A stretch of DNA of 64,000 nt from an uncultured Rivularia sp. (GCA_963665115.1 OY762007.1:96001-160000), one strand, 5' to 3'. Shown: positions 43,508-54,466, counted from the first letter of the stretch. Made by a program: numbers and translations. The notes: generated from the letters alone by a model not told the origin.

Positions 43508-44884
43508 ATGTCTAATAAAGAGCCTTGGCTAGCTGTTACCCTGTCAAGCCTTTGGATGGGTACAGGACAAATATATTCTGGATACGGAAAAAAAGGTGTA
43601 TTATTAATGTTATTAGGATTGATACTTTCTCCGCTTTATGCTGTAGGAATGTTATACGCTATGGCAGTATTACTAGGAACTACACCCCTAAATGGTTTTA
43701 TCGTAGTATTATTCCTTGTATTACCTGTATCAATATTTCTATATATATGGAATTTGATTGATGCTTATAAATTGGCAAAAGAGAAAAACACATCAGACTT
43801 TGAAAACAACCGCAAAAAAAATAAAGATGCATGGTTCGCTGTACTCTTGTCTATATTTCAACCAGGATTAGGGCATATATATATTGGGAAAACAATAATA
43901 GGCTTCACTTTCATTTATGTATCCTCATTTATTAATGTTTTCTATGGCTCTGCCTATTCATTGCTGTTTGGCATTTTAATTCCTTTTAATAAGACATTAA
44001 TACATTCTTTTATTATCTACGATGCCTACAAATCAACCCCTGTAAAAACGAAGTACTTTAAGAAAAAAAATATTATCCAAGAAATTTTTACAAGTATAAA
44101 AAGTTGCTTTAAGCCAAAAACAGTAATTGCTAATGTTTGCATATTACTTGTGCTCGTTAAAATTGGTAATTCGCTAAACATAATACATAATTATTTTTAT
44201 GTGTCTGCGGGCTTAAAGCAAAGACAGTACAACGATTTTATGGAACCTACTTTATTGAGTTCGGAGAGTAACTCGAAAGCAGACACAATTATTGTTGCAC
44301 CTCGTTTTATTTATTTAAATAGAACTAGCATAAGATGGCCTTATATATTTCAGCGAGGATTTAATGATTATTTAGATTTGGTTACATGGTTGGATCTAGA
44401 TATGCTGAATAACTTAGAATCTTCTAATATATTTAATTATTCATTTTTATATAATGCTAGACGGGAAGATATAATCACATTTGACTCTTTTGAGCTATAT
44501 TTTGAGCTAAAAAGTTCAAAACTGACAAGACATACAAATTATAAGGATTATAAGGAGATTTTTGATTCTGCTCAACGCATTATCGGTATGCCGGGAGACA
44601 AAGTAGAACTTAAAGAAGGTAAAGTTTATATTAACGACAAGCAGTTAAAGGAAAACTACCTTGCACCGGGACAGACCACCGAACTTGATTTATGTAAGGT
44701 CGATTTTCCGCAACCAGCTTATTTATCTAAACCAGTGACTATACCACCTAAGTCATACTTAGTATTAGGAGATAATCGTAACAAGAGTGTTGACGGTCGC
44801 TGCTGGGGTGTAATTAAAGAAGAATATATTACTGGCAAAGTATCAGGAATAATTTGGCCTCCGGAACGTCAAAGAAGGCTATAA
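43508..44884 (+). CDS. Signal peptidase I (S26) homologue with a multi-TM N-terminus; catalytic residues appear substituted
   Basis: MEPTL, RIIGMPGDKV and YLVLGDNRN.S.D.R.WG boxes are present; Ser and Lys positions read N and Q. Confidence 0.75.
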   Translation: MSNKEPWLAVTLSSLWMGTGQIYSGYGKKGVLLMLLGLILSPLYAVGMLYAMAVLLGTTPLNGFIVVLFLVLPVSIFLYIWNLIDAYKLAKEKNTSDFENNRKKNKDAWFAVLLSIFQPGLGHIYIGKTIIGFTFIYVSSFINVFYGSAYSLLFGILIPFNKTLIHSFIIYDAYKSTPVKTKYFKKKNIIQEIFTSIKSCFKPKTVIANVCILLVLVKIGNSLNIIHNYFYVSAGLKQRQYNDFMEPTLLSSESNSKADTIIVAPRFIYLNRTSIRWPYIFQRGFNDYLDLVTWLDLDMLNNLESSNIFNYSFLYNARREDIITFDSFELYFELKSSKLTRHTNYKDYKEIFDSAQRIIGMPGDKVELKEGKVYINDKQLKENYLAPGQTTELDLCKVDFPQPAYLSKPVTIPPKSYLVLGDNRNKSVDGRCWGVIKEEYITGKVSGIIWPPERQRRL

Positions 44885-44926
44885 GACAATTATTATTAGT
44901 AGCGAAAGAATTAATAAAATTATTTC

Positions 44927-45805
44927 ATGCGCCGAGATTCTATATTCTATAAATTGTTTCAACAATACCCAAGCTTGCTGTTTGAACTGTTGACAAACCC
45001 ACCAGATAATGCATCCGAATACAAATTTGATTCAGTAGCTGTCAAAGAACCAAAATTTGAAATCGATGGTGTATTTCTACCACCAGAAAATCAAAGTCCA
45101 GGTGCTGTATATTTCTGTGAAGTGCAGTTTCAAAAGGACGAAAGATTATACGAAAGAGTATTTGCAGAATCTTCCTTATACTTCTACCGTAACCGCGACC
45201 GATTCAACGATTGGCAAGTTGTAATAATTTACCCTTCACGTAATACAGAACAAAGCGATATTTATCCCCATCGCGGACAACTCAACAGCCCTCAAGTCCG
45301 AAGGGTATATTTAAATGAATTGGGAAATATTCGCGAATTACCTGTATGGGTAGCGCTGATGGTTTTGACTACCGTAAACGAACAACAAGCACCCGAAGAA
45401 GCTAGGTATTTAATATCACGTTCTTCCACCGAACAGCCAGAAACTAGAAGTCAGGTAATAATAGATTTAATCACGACGATAATAGCGTACAGATTTGAAC
45501 AACTTAGTCGAAGCGAGGTCGAAGAAATGTTAGGAATTACCCTCAAAGAAACCAGAATGTATCAAGACATTAAGGAAGAAGGGAAAGCAGAAGGGAAAGA
45601 AGAAGGAAGAGAAGAAGGAAGAGAAGTAGAAGCGCGATCGCTCATCCTCCGTCAGCTAAATCGACGAGTAGGAGAATTACCACAAGAAATACGTCAACGT
45701 GTTGAAAGTCTCTCCCTAGAGCAATTAGAAAATCTTGGAGAAGCGTTGCTTGATTTTAACAGCATGGCAGATTTACAAACTTGGTTAGAAGAGGTTAGGA
45801 ATTAA
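44927..45805 (+). CDS. Rpn family (DUF2887 + DUF4351) nuclease, paralogue of 38538-39392
   Basis: Near-identical protein with an extra EEG repeat and a different C-terminal segment. Confidence 0.85.
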   Translation: MRRDSIFYKLFQQYPSLLFELLTNPPDNASEYKFDSVAVKEPKFEIDGVFLPPENQSPGAVYFCEVQFQKDERLYERVFAESSLYFYRNRDRFNDWQVVIIYPSRNTEQSDIYPHRGQLNSPQVRRVYLNELGNIRELPVWVALMVLTTVNEQQAPEEARYLISRSSTEQPETRSQVIIDLITTIIAYRFEQLSRSEVEEMLGITLKETRMYQDIKEEGKAEGKEEGREEGREVEARSLILRQLNRRVGELPQEIRQRVESLSLEQLENLGEALLDFNSMADLQTWLEEVRN

Positions 45806-45895
45806 GTGTTAGGTGTTGTAGAGACGTAGCAGTGCTACGTCTCCACAGGAGTGAGGAGTTAGGAATTATGAGTTAATTTTTCTACCCCCAATCCC

Positions 45896-47446
45896 CTATT
45901 CCCCAATCTCCTCTTCAACAACTTCCTTCCGATCCGTCAACGGCTTCACAACTTTCGCTATAGCCTCCGATATAAAAGCCTTCACAAATTCATCCCGACG
46001 ATTTAATTGAAACTGCCTTTGCACTACTTCCGTCATTCCTCCATCACCCCAATCTTGATCGTGACGGAAATATTCAATAAAGCTTTTACCCGCAATTCTG
46101 GTTAAATAAGCTGCCGTTACTCCTTGAATTGCTCTACCTATTACAAAAGTTGCAACGTTTAACTGTAGCGCTGTGGAAACTAACTGCAAAGCACCTTTCA
46201 CTATACCCAAACTTGCCAAAGTTTTCGCAAGAGAAAGCGCTAATTCCCTTCCCCTTTCCATGTTAAGTTCGCAACCGTAAACCCGTCCAATTTCTACTAC
46301 CATTTGAGCGTTTACCGCAGCAGTTGCTAATAAATCCACCATCGGTAAAGGTGTAACTGAAACTACACCTGCTCCAATCCACTGAAAACGATCTACAATT
46401 TTATTCGCTTGCCGACGGCGTTGAGTATCGATCAGTTTTCTGGCTTCTTCTCCCAATCTTATTGATTGCAGCAAAATATTATCTGCCACTAAATCTTCAC
46501 CTTCTGCCCGTAAAATTGCTGCCATCCGCCGTAACAATGGCACAATTTCCGGCTCCGAACGGAAAATATCGCCGTTTTCTAACTCTACCTCCTGGGGATT
46601 AGCGGCGATCGCCACGACATCGTTTGTGGGAATAAAGCCCCGCACTCGCTCGCGCAGTTTGGCTAAAATCGCTTGGGTGTCTTCTTCGGCATACAAATCG
46701 GTTTTGTTTAAAACCACCAGCGAACGTTTACCAATTTCCGCTAATGCTTTTAAAGGTTCGTATTCGGAGCGTCGTAAGTCGTTATCTACTACAAATAATA
46801 ATAAATCGGCACTAGTTGCTAATTCCCTAGCTAACTGTTCCCTTTCAGTACCTGCAACTCCCGCTTCCAAAATACCCGGTGTATCAGTAATCAAAATTCT
46901 GCGCTCCATCCCCTTGAGACGCAAACAATAAGTTTCCCCTACGGTGGTAGTTCCCATCGGTGCATCAACATTACCCACCATTCGCCCCATCACCGCATTC
47001 ACCAAAGAAGTTTTACCAGCACTCCCAGTACCAAATACCACCACTTGAATTTCACCGCGTGACAAATTTGCTTCAATTTCGCGGGATTTACTCAACAAAG
47101 CTTGCCGAGAAACTTCATCTTGAATTTGCGAAACCTGTTGGCGCACGGCTGATAAAGTCGTGGAAGCAGTCTCTGTTTTCTTTTCAGGAAGCTTAATATT
47201 AGGGCGTTTACGATTTTTACTGCGCTGTTCCCCAGACTGTATTTTTAATACATAGTAAACAAAAGCCGCAATTAAAGCCGCAACCAAAATCACCAGCAAA
47301 AACAGCAGCAAATTACCCAAAAATGGGGAATAAGACAATTGCCAGTAAAGCCGAGATAGCGAATCTATCAGCCACAGACTAAGCCCGAGGATGACAATTA
47401 AGCCGACAATTAAAGTAACTAAGCGGGATACAGGTATTTTGGGCAT
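45896..47446 (-). CDS. YcjF/DUF697 family membrane GTP-binding protein
   Basis: Two N-terminal TMs, GTGSAGKTS, DTPG, NKTD, C-terminal P.P..D region. Confidence 0.8.
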   Translation of the reverse strand: MPKIPVSRLVTLIVGLIVILGLSLWLIDSLSRLYWQLSYSPFLGNLLLFLLVILVAALIAAFVYYVLKIQSGEQRSKNRKRPNIKLPEKKTETASTTLSAVRQQVSQIQDEVSRQALLSKSREIEANLSRGEIQVVVFGTGSAGKTSLVNAVMGRMVGNVDAPMGTTTVGETYCLRLKGMERRILITDTPGILEAGVAGTEREQLARELATSADLLLFVVDNDLRRSEYEPLKALAEIGKRSLVVLNKTDLYAEEDTQAILAKLRERVRGFIPTNDVVAIAANPQEVELENGDIFRSEPEIVPLLRRMAAILRAEGEDLVADNILLQSIRLGEEARKLIDTQRRRQANKIVDRFQWIGAGVVSVTPLPMVDLLATAAVNAQMVVEIGRVYGCELNMERGRELALSLAKTLASLGIVKGALQLVSTALQLNVATFVIGRAIQGVTAAYLTRIAGKSFIEYFRHDQDWGDGGMTEVVQRQFQLNRRDEFVKAFISEAIAKVVKPLTDRKEVVEEEIGE

Positions 47447-47711
47447 TGGGGATTGGGCATGGGGAATTAGTAATGGGTAATAGGTAATTGTTAACTGTTC
47501 CCCATTCCCTTATTAATAGAAGATTTTCAATCTAAAATCCATAATCATACAACTTCAAACTCCTCACCTTTAAGCTTTAACCTTTAACCTTTAAGCTTTG
47601 ACCTCTAACCTCTAACCTTTGACCTTTAACCTTTAATCTTTGACCTGTATTAAATATTTTATCTAATATAAACATGAAGGTAATTTTTAATAAATTAGGA
47701 GATATCGGGAT

Positions 47712-48236
47712 ATGGGATTATTCGATCAAGTTTTGAATGCGGTGAACAACCCACAAACGCGAGGCAGTATGGATGATATTGGTGGTATTCTCAATACCGT
47801 GCAGCAGTTGAGCGGTAATGCTGGTACAAACTCTTCTACAATGCAGTCTGCTATGGGTGTTGTTGGTAATTTTGTTCGTTCTTCTTTACAAGAAAAGCGA
47901 GTTACAGAAGGCGATCGCCAAGCTGAATCTATAGTAGACCAATTTAGCGGTACTTCCCCTAATTCTCAAGCTGTAAATTCACTTTTCTCTGGTGGTATGC
48001 AGCAGCAGGTAGCCCAAGCTATTTCTCAGCGCACTGGTTTGGATGCAAATATGGCTATGCAAATGTTACCCATGCTGGTTCCTTTGGTGTTGAAATTTTT
48101 ACAGTCGGGTACTAATGCCCAAAATCCCCAGTCTGGTGGAAATTCGGTTCTCAGCAGTTTCCTCGATGCTGATGGTGATGGTGATGTAGATATTTCCGAT
48201 GCGATGGGAATGGCTACCCGTTATTTGGGACGATAG
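47712..48236 (+). CDS. DUF937 family protein
   Basis: MGLFDQVL start, ISQRTGLD and FLDADGDGD motifs. Confidence 0.7.
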   Translation: MGLFDQVLNAVNNPQTRGSMDDIGGILNTVQQLSGNAGTNSSTMQSAMGVVGNFVRSSLQEKRVTEGDRQAESIVDQFSGTSPNSQAVNSLFSGGMQQQVAQAISQRTGLDANMAMQMLPMLVPLVLKFLQSGTNAQNPQSGGNSVLSSFLDADGDGDVDISDAMGMATRYLGR

Positions 48237-48523
48237 TTTCAATTATCAGTTATCAATTATCAAAATTAATTGATAATTGATAAATTTATCCTCTTATATG
48301 CTTTTAACAGATGTTAAGCTATAAAGTTATCAAACTGAATAATGCTAGTCTTGCAGATGCAGACATAGAAAAGATTTATATAATTATTTATAAATTAATA
48401 CTTTTAATGGATATAAATTCGTAGTGCGAGCATCTTGCTCGCTTGAGATATATTATAGCAAGCATCTTGCTCGCACTACGACATATTTTCAACCTGAAAA
48501 GACGCTCTCTACAATTACCAAAT

Positions 48524-49573
48524 TTAAATCCCTTTAAAACCAACTTCATTATCCATCTCTTTAGTTAATTTATCTCGATTGGCAAGACGCTTATTTTCTT
48601 TACGAATACCAAGTTGACTGATAAAAATACCAATAATTACTATACTACCGCCGATATATTGAGCAACACTAGGAACTTCTCCTAAAACAAAAAATGCTGC
48701 AACTATTCCGGAAATAGGAATAAAAGAACCTGCTAAAGAAATCTTAGAAGACGGAGAACCTTCCAACCCGATAAACCAAAATGATTGTCCTAGTGCAACA
48801 ATTACCGCACCATAAAGCAACATCCATTTCCATAAAAATGGTGAGAAAACATCCATAAAATGATTGTTGCCATATAGAATTAAAGCTGCAAAAAAGAAGA
48901 TAATTGCTCCTAGTACGGTACGAAATAAACTGTAAAATCCTGGGGTAATATTATTTAAACTTTTTTTACTCAAGATTGTGGCGATCGCCAAACTAACAGC
49001 CCCAATTGCAGTGAAAATTTCTCCCAAACCGATAGCTGCAAATCCCTCTGCTGTGATCATATTTTCAAAGAAGGTTTGCAGAAGCACTATTATACAAATG
49101 CCAATAAAAGAAATTACTGCTCCAACTACTTGTAATAGATTAACTCTTTCACCTAAAAATAAAAAAGATAAAGCAAGAACTAAGGGAGGTTCAAGTCTAC
49201 TAATCAAAACTACATTAGTTGCTTGAGTACGAGAAAGTGCTTCAAAAATTAACGCAGGTGCCAAAGCTCCAGATAATATTGACACACCAATTAAACTCCA
49301 CCAATCTTTTCGAGAAAGGTGTTTCCAGTAACTAGGATGTAATTGTCTGCCATAAATTAAAAATAATACTAATGCAGCACAAACATTACCTACAAATAAG
49401 ACATTACAGAAAGATATTGGATTTCTGCCATCCATAAAATTTTCCGCACCAATTTCTGTCAATCTTTTAGTAATCGCATTGGCAGCACCAAAGATAATTA
49501 CAGCTATCCATAGAAAAACAGAAGCTGGTAAACGTTTAAATAAGTTAGTTGGTTTATTTGAATTATTAGCCAT
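48524..49573 (-). CDS. DMT/EamA family transporter
   Basis: About 10 TM helices in two EamA repeats (LGER / LGEV). Confidence 0.85.
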   Translation of the reverse strand: MANNSNKPTNLFKRLPASVFLWIAVIIFGAANAITKRLTEIGAENFMDGRNPISFCNVLFVGNVCAALVLFLIYGRQLHPSYWKHLSRKDWWSLIGVSILSGALAPALIFEALSRTQATNVVLISRLEPPLVLALSFLFLGERVNLLQVVGAVISFIGICIIVLLQTFFENMITAEGFAAIGLGEIFTAIGAVSLAIATILSKKSLNNITPGFYSLFRTVLGAIIFFFAALILYGNNHFMDVFSPFLWKWMLLYGAVIVALGQSFWFIGLEGSPSSKISLAGSFIPISGIVAAFFVLGEVPSVAQYIGGSIVIIGIFISQLGIRKENKRLANRDKLTKEMDNEVGFKGI

Positions 49574-49677
49574 TTAAATTTTGGATTTTGGATTTTAGAT
49601 TTTCAACCACAACCCTTGTAGAGACGTAGCACTGCTACGTCTCCCAGCGCTACATCTCCCACAGCAAGGATAAAAAA

Positions 49678-50998
49678 TCAAATATCAAGAACAATTTTTT
49701 CAGTCTTCGGTTGAGAAATACAAATCAAAACTTCACCATCATCGGGAGTACCAGTAGGCTCTTCGTGATATGCAACTTCACCTGATTGAATTTTGCAGCT
49801 ACAGGTTAAACATACACCTACACGGCAGCTAAAAGCAGGATTAATTCCATTAGCTTCGGCAAATTCTAAAATTGTGCCGTCTCCTTGATTCCAAGTTAGG
49901 GTTTTACCAGATTCAGCAAATACAATTTCGGCTGTTTCCACACCTTCAACTGCTGTAGAAGATTCTGACGAAGATTTTTTAGGAGCTTTACTAAAAGATT
50001 CAAAGAAAACTTTATTTTCGTCAACTCCCCATTCTCTCAATCCTTCCCGCAAAGAATCCATAAATGCTGGGGAAACCGCATAAATAAAATTCTGCGTTTT
50101 CATGTGCTAATTCTTTAATCAAATCAATATCAACATAACCAACACTATGACATTTTTCTCCATCTTGAGGACGGCTGTAACGATAATGTACCTTTAAATT
50201 GGGATTTTGTTCGGCTAAAGCCATCACTTCTGGTTGAAAAGCGTGAAAATCTTCGTTTCTAGCACCATGTACAAAATAAATTTGACGGTTGGGATTTTCA
50301 ACAGTACAAGCTTTTGCCATACTAACCATCGGAGTTATTCCCACACCATTACTGATAAATACCGCTGGTGCCGATTCTTCTACATCAATATAAAACTTTC
50401 CATTAGGTGGTTTTGCTGGAATTATCGCTCCTTCTTCAATGCAATCATGCATAAAATTAGAAGCAATACCTGGAGGAAGATCCAAATTGGAAGCAGATTC
50501 GCGTTTAATTGAAAGCCGATAATATTGATTTGGATGGTTATAATCGGAAAGCGAATAAGTACGAATTACAGGTTTCTCTACTCCGGGAATATCAAGCTTA
50601 ATTGTTAAAAATTGACCAGGCTTAAAATTAGGTATTGCACTTCCATCCTGGGGTTTGAGATAAAAAGAAGTAATTTCAGAACTTTCTTTTACTTTTTTGA
50701 AAACTATAAAATTTCGCCAATCTTGCCAAACGTCTTTTTTATAATTAGCTTGAGTCTGACTTGATTCGGGTTCAGATTCTCTACTTGTTTCTTTACCCTT
50801 TAAAACGTAACTTAAAACAGAACCAGCAGTAATACCAGTTAAAGAAGAACAAACAGCGAGTTTATTCAAATCTTTATTTTTCGGATTGATTAAACCGATA
50901 GCTGCACCAGCGACAATTGTTGAAATAGCGAAACCCATGCTTGCATATACAGTAGTTTTAAGCCAGGGATTATCAATTTTTCTAAAACTTTCAACCAT
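49678..50998 (-). CDS. Membrane-anchored FAD/NAD-binding oxidoreductase with a C-terminal 2Fe-2S domain (+1 frameshift near 50074)
   Basis: PGQF, RTYSLS, GVGITP, YLCG-SPAFM after one T is removed; CRVGVCLTC...C cluster motif. Confidence 0.85.
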
Positions 50999-51239
50999 AT
51001 TCTGTATTATCCTTTAATAAAAAGTAGACAATCTAACGGTCGTATCTTAATACTTCGTGCTACCTTCTACAAGGGATATTTTACGCTTATTGATTTTATA
51101 TTGTTAAATACAATAATAATATTAAATTCGTTCGCATCGGAGTGAAAAAAATCATAGAGACACACAGAGCGCAAAGAAAAAAAAGAGAGAAGTAACGCAC
51201 CAATAAATTATGATACGTTACGCATATTCGAGCAAAACT

Positions 51240-52091
51240 TTAGGTTTCAACCGTTTGATAAATTTCACGAATGTCTTCTAAAGTATTTATTGTCCATAAC
51301 TTTTGTTGAATTTGTCTTAATATATCTAAATCTTTTATCAAAGATATTTCTGACATTAATTGTAATCCTTCTGAACCAAACTTTACTTCTAAACCCCGTT
51401 CAATTCCTGAAATTAAACCTTTGATCTCTCCTTGATTCAAAATTTCTTGATACCAGGGTGATTCCTGCAATACAGTCATATCCCACCTCATAATTTGCTG
51501 TACTAATTGAGTTGATAATACAAAGCTAGCAAAGAAAGCTAAAAGTGGTTCTAATTCGTCTAACTTTTCATCGGCACGTAATAACTGTACCGCTTGCTGC
51601 ACAACTGTTATCTCATTTCCACCTTTAAGTATTGGTACAAAAGGTAATAAAGAAGAAAGCGATTGTTGAAAAACTAGCTGTACATCTACTTCCCACAAAT
51701 TAATAACTTGATAGTCTTGACGCGCTTGCAATCCTAAAACTTGCGATTGATAACCATTGGCAATTTCTACTGTTTGCGATGGTGGCAAGATATTAATTAA
51801 TACTGGATAAACTGGTAAATTATATTTTTCCTCTGCAAGCCCTGCATAAGCCCGTATTCTTCTTGGTAAACGAGTGTTGTAACGTAATTGCAATTCGTTT
51901 AACACCAAGAAATTCCCGATTTGTGGGTGATGAGCCTTGACAACTACATCACTTTCTCGGCTAATCCATTGAAACTCCGAAGCAAGAATTTCTCGCGCCG
52001 ATACGTCTGCCGATTGTGTCACCCACTTTACCCAAGCATCTGGAGATAAACTAATTAATCGTTTGCTGCCGATATCTGCTGTTTTTGGCAT
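51240..52091 (-). CDS. Rpn family PD-(D/E)XK nuclease
   Basis: RESDVVV, LNELQLR, RIRAYA, INLWE and ESPWYQEI motifs. Confidence 0.8.
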   Translation of the reverse strand: MPKTADIGSKRLISLSPDAWVKWVTQSADVSAREILASEFQWISRESDVVVKAHHPQIGNFLVLNELQLRYNTRLPRRIRAYAGLAEEKYNLPVYPVLINILPPSQTVEIANGYQSQVLGLQARQDYQVINLWEVDVQLVFQQSLSSLLPFVPILKGGNEITVVQQAVQLLRADEKLDELEPLLAFFASFVLSTQLVQQIMRWDMTVLQESPWYQEILNQGEIKGLISGIERGLEVKFGSEGLQLMSEISLIKDLDILRQIQQKLWTINTLEDIREIYQTVET

Positions 52092-52150
52092 ATTAAATTA
52101 CCAATTACCAATTACCAATTACCAATTACCAATTACCAATTACCAATTAC

Positions 52151-53464
52151 CTATGTCGTATACTCCGCATTAATTTTCACGTAATCGTAACTCAAGTCGC
52201 ATCCCCAAGCTTTACCTTCACCCGCGCCATTTCCAACGCTGACTTTAATAATTACAGGATTATCTACCCTTTGCATATTTACCGTATTCCTATCAACAGT
52301 TAAATCGTTACTATTATTAGTTGCGACAACATCTTTTGGCAAAGAAGATTCTGCTGCTGTTTGTTGCAAATATGCGCTCGCTGCTTTTCTATCAAACTCT
52401 AGGGGTTGTCCTTTTTCCATTAATAAAAAATCTCCCATCTGAATTCTCAAATCGCTTTGCTCGAAGGGTACTCCAGCACGCCCAGCAGCAGCAGCAATTC
52501 TTCCCCAGTTGGCATCTCTACCAAAGATTGCAGATTTAACTAATGAAGAGCCAGCAATGGTTTTGGCAATTTGTACTGCTGATTTTCCATTGACTGCACC
52601 GCTGACTTGCACTTCTATCAAACAAGTTGCACCTTCACCATCGCGAGCGATCGCCTTTGCTAAATGTTGACAAACTGCGGTTAACATTGCTTCCAATTTC
52701 TTGGCTTCGGCAGTCATTTCTGTAATCGCTGGGGTGCGGGATTGTCCGTTAGTTAAAGCAATTAAACTATCATTAGTACTGGTATCGCCATCAACCGTAA
52801 TTGCATTGAAACTCTTATCAGCAGCACGACTGACCATTTCTTGCCACAATTTAGGAGAAACCGCAGCATCGCAAGTCACAAACGCTAACATCGTCGCCAT
52901 ATTCGGATGAATCATTCCCGATCCTTTACTGATTCCGCCAATTCTTACAGGTCGATCGTGTATAGTTGTTTCTAGCGCAATCGATTTTTTCACCAAATCT
53001 GTAGTAATTATCGCCTTTGCTGCTGCGTCACTACCAGTTTCTGAAAGTGCTTCCACTAACTTAGGGATACCTGCTTTAAAAGCATCCATCTTCATTCTTT
53101 GTCCGATTACCCCAGTTGAAGCCAGCAACACCGACTTTGAAGAAATATTAAGTGTTTGCCCCAAGATCATCGCAGTTTCAAGAGCATCCAACCAACCTTG
53201 TTTACCAGTAGAAGCGTTAGCCTGTCCCGCATTGCAGAGAATAGCGCGGGCACTCTGCGACGATAATAACCGCTGACGACAATAGTCAACACAAGCCGCT
53301 GTTACCTGCGACATTGTAAACACACCTGCGGCGATCGCCTCTACATCTGAAACAATCAACGCTAAGTCTGGCGCACCCGAAGGCTTCAGCCCAGCAGCAA
53401 TTCCCCCTGCTTTATATCCTCTAGGTGCTGTAACACCACCATCTATTTCTTGCCAATCACTCAT
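52151..53464 (-). CDS. argJ: Ornithine acetyltransferase / N-acetylglutamate synthase ArgJ
   Basis: [36 protein letters not shown] and [10 protein letters not shown] motifs. Confidence 0.95.
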   Translation of the reverse strand: MSDWQEIDGGVTAPRGYKAGGIAAGLKPSGAPDLALIVSDVEAIAAGVFTMSQVTAACVDYCRQRLLSSQSARAILCNAGQANASTGKQGWLDALETAMILGQTLNISSKSVLLASTGVIGQRMKMDAFKAGIPKLVEALSETGSDAAAKAIITTDLVKKSIALETTIHDRPVRIGGISKGSGMIHPNMATMLAFVTCDAAVSPKLWQEMVSRAADKSFNAITVDGDTSTNDSLIALTNGQSRTPAITEMTAEAKKLEAMLTAVCQHLAKAIARDGEGATCLIEVQVSGAVNGKSAVQIAKTIAGSSLVKSAIFGRDANWGRIAAAAGRAGVPFEQSDLRIQMGDFLLMEKGQPLEFDRKAASAYLQQTAAESSLPKDVVATNNSNDLTVDRNTVNMQRVDNPVIIKVSVGNGAGEGKAWGCDLSYDYVKINAEYTT

Positions 53465-53920
53465 TTCTCTTCCCCTGCTTTTGCTTCTCTGCAAGAGGGG
53501 ATTATATCAATTATTAGTTAACGCGGGCAGGATAACTTATTAGTTATTAATAGGAATTGGGGATTGGGCATGGGGCATTGGGGATTGGGGATTGGGAATT
53601 GGTAAAGTTACTTCCTGCCTAGTAAAAGATTACTTATAATAAAACCGCTCAGACAAGGCAGTGCGTTGCGGAGGTTCCCTCCGTTGTCGCAACTGCCGCG
53701 CAGAGAAACGCGAAGGTAGTAGGAGTTGTTAGCTCAAAATACTGCTTATGCTCCAAGGATAAAGATTATGCAAGCAGCTTGAAAACCCTATTTTTGAAAT
53801 ATCAAGACTTTACAAAGTAGTTTCAGCAATCAATTCAGATCAAGTGTAAATTCAAAATATCAGTTTCAACACCTATACCCAATCCTGAATGCCCAATGCC
53901 CTAACACCGTATAAATACCC

Positions 53921-53973
53921 AAAAAAAAAGAGAGCTACTTGGCAGCTCTCCGGATCATCAGGGTGCATCTACT
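53921..53973 (-). ncRNA. Predicted ~53-nt sRNA, array copy 1
   Basis: AGUAGAUGCACCCUGAUGAUCCG + hairpin GAGAGCUGC-CAA-GUAGCUCUC + U-tract; TGnTATACT upstream. Confidence 0.7.
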
Positions 53974-53997
53974 TAACATAGTATATCACTATTTGTC

Positions 53998-54015
53998 GAG
54001 GGGGCTTTACCCCTC
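53998..54015 (-). promoter_or_regulatory. HetR-type inverted repeat GGGG-N5-CCCC, copy 1
   Basis: GAGGGGTAAAGCCCCCTC on the minus strand, centred 34 nt upstream of the predicted TSS. Confidence 0.6.
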
Positions 54016-54093
54016 AGTTAATTTTGGTTTAAATTTTGGTAAAGAAATTATCTTTAACTTCACAGTATTTTTATTTAGAATTGGAATAAACAT

Positions 54094-54146
54094 AAAAAAA
54101 AGAGAGCCACTTGGGTAGCTCTCCGGATCATCAGGGTGCATCTACT
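54094..54146 (-). ncRNA. Predicted sRNA, array copy 2
   Basis: Same seed; hairpin GAGAGCUAC-CCAA-GUGGCUCUC + U-tract; TGnTATACT. Confidence 0.7.
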
Positions 54147-54171
54147 TAACATAGTATATCACTATAGTCCC

Positions 54172-54188
54172 AGGGGGTGAGACCCCCT
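54172..54188 (-). promoter_or_regulatory. HetR-type inverted repeat, copy 2
   Basis: AGGGGG-TGAGA-CCCCCT, centred at -34. Confidence 0.6.
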
Positions 54189-54243
54189 TACGTAGATTTG
54201 GATAAAAATTTTGCGAAGAAGTCGCAGTTAAATATGAAAAAAC

Positions 54244-54294
54244 AAAAAAGAGAGCTATTTAAACTAGCTCTCCAAACATCAGGGTGCATCTGAT
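54244..54294 (-). ncRNA. Predicted sRNA, array copy 3 (most diverged)
   Basis: AUCAGAUGCACCCUGAUGUUUG + GAGAGCUA-loop-UAGCUCUC + U-tract; TGnTAAAAT. Confidence 0.65.
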
Positions 54295-54320
54295 TATCAC
54301 ATTTTACCATTTATGGCATG

Positions 54321-54335
54321 AGGGATTATACCCCT
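54321..54335 (-). promoter_or_regulatory. HetR-type inverted repeat, copy 3
   Basis: AGGGA-TTATA-CCCCT, centred at -34. Confidence 0.5.
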
Positions 54336-54466
54336 TGGTATTTTTTTTTGTAAAAAATTCTTTCAAAGTATTATACGAGTAATAAGAGTAGAGCTAATTT
54401 ATCGATCGATAATATCATTACGGCATATGCATAGCGGGATTATACGGATATTATCTAAATTTTCGC

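Noticed and set aside
38538..45805. Composite transposon bounded by Rpn genes as transposases
   Set aside because: No terminal inverted repeats or target duplication; the repeat includes part of an unrelated gene; Rpn proteins are not established transposases
53949..54127. DIF1 motif TCCGGA in array copies 1 and 2 as a heterocyst promoter
   Set aside because: It lies inside the predicted transcript at the hairpin base and is not conserved in copies 3 and 4 (TCCAAA, TCCAGA)
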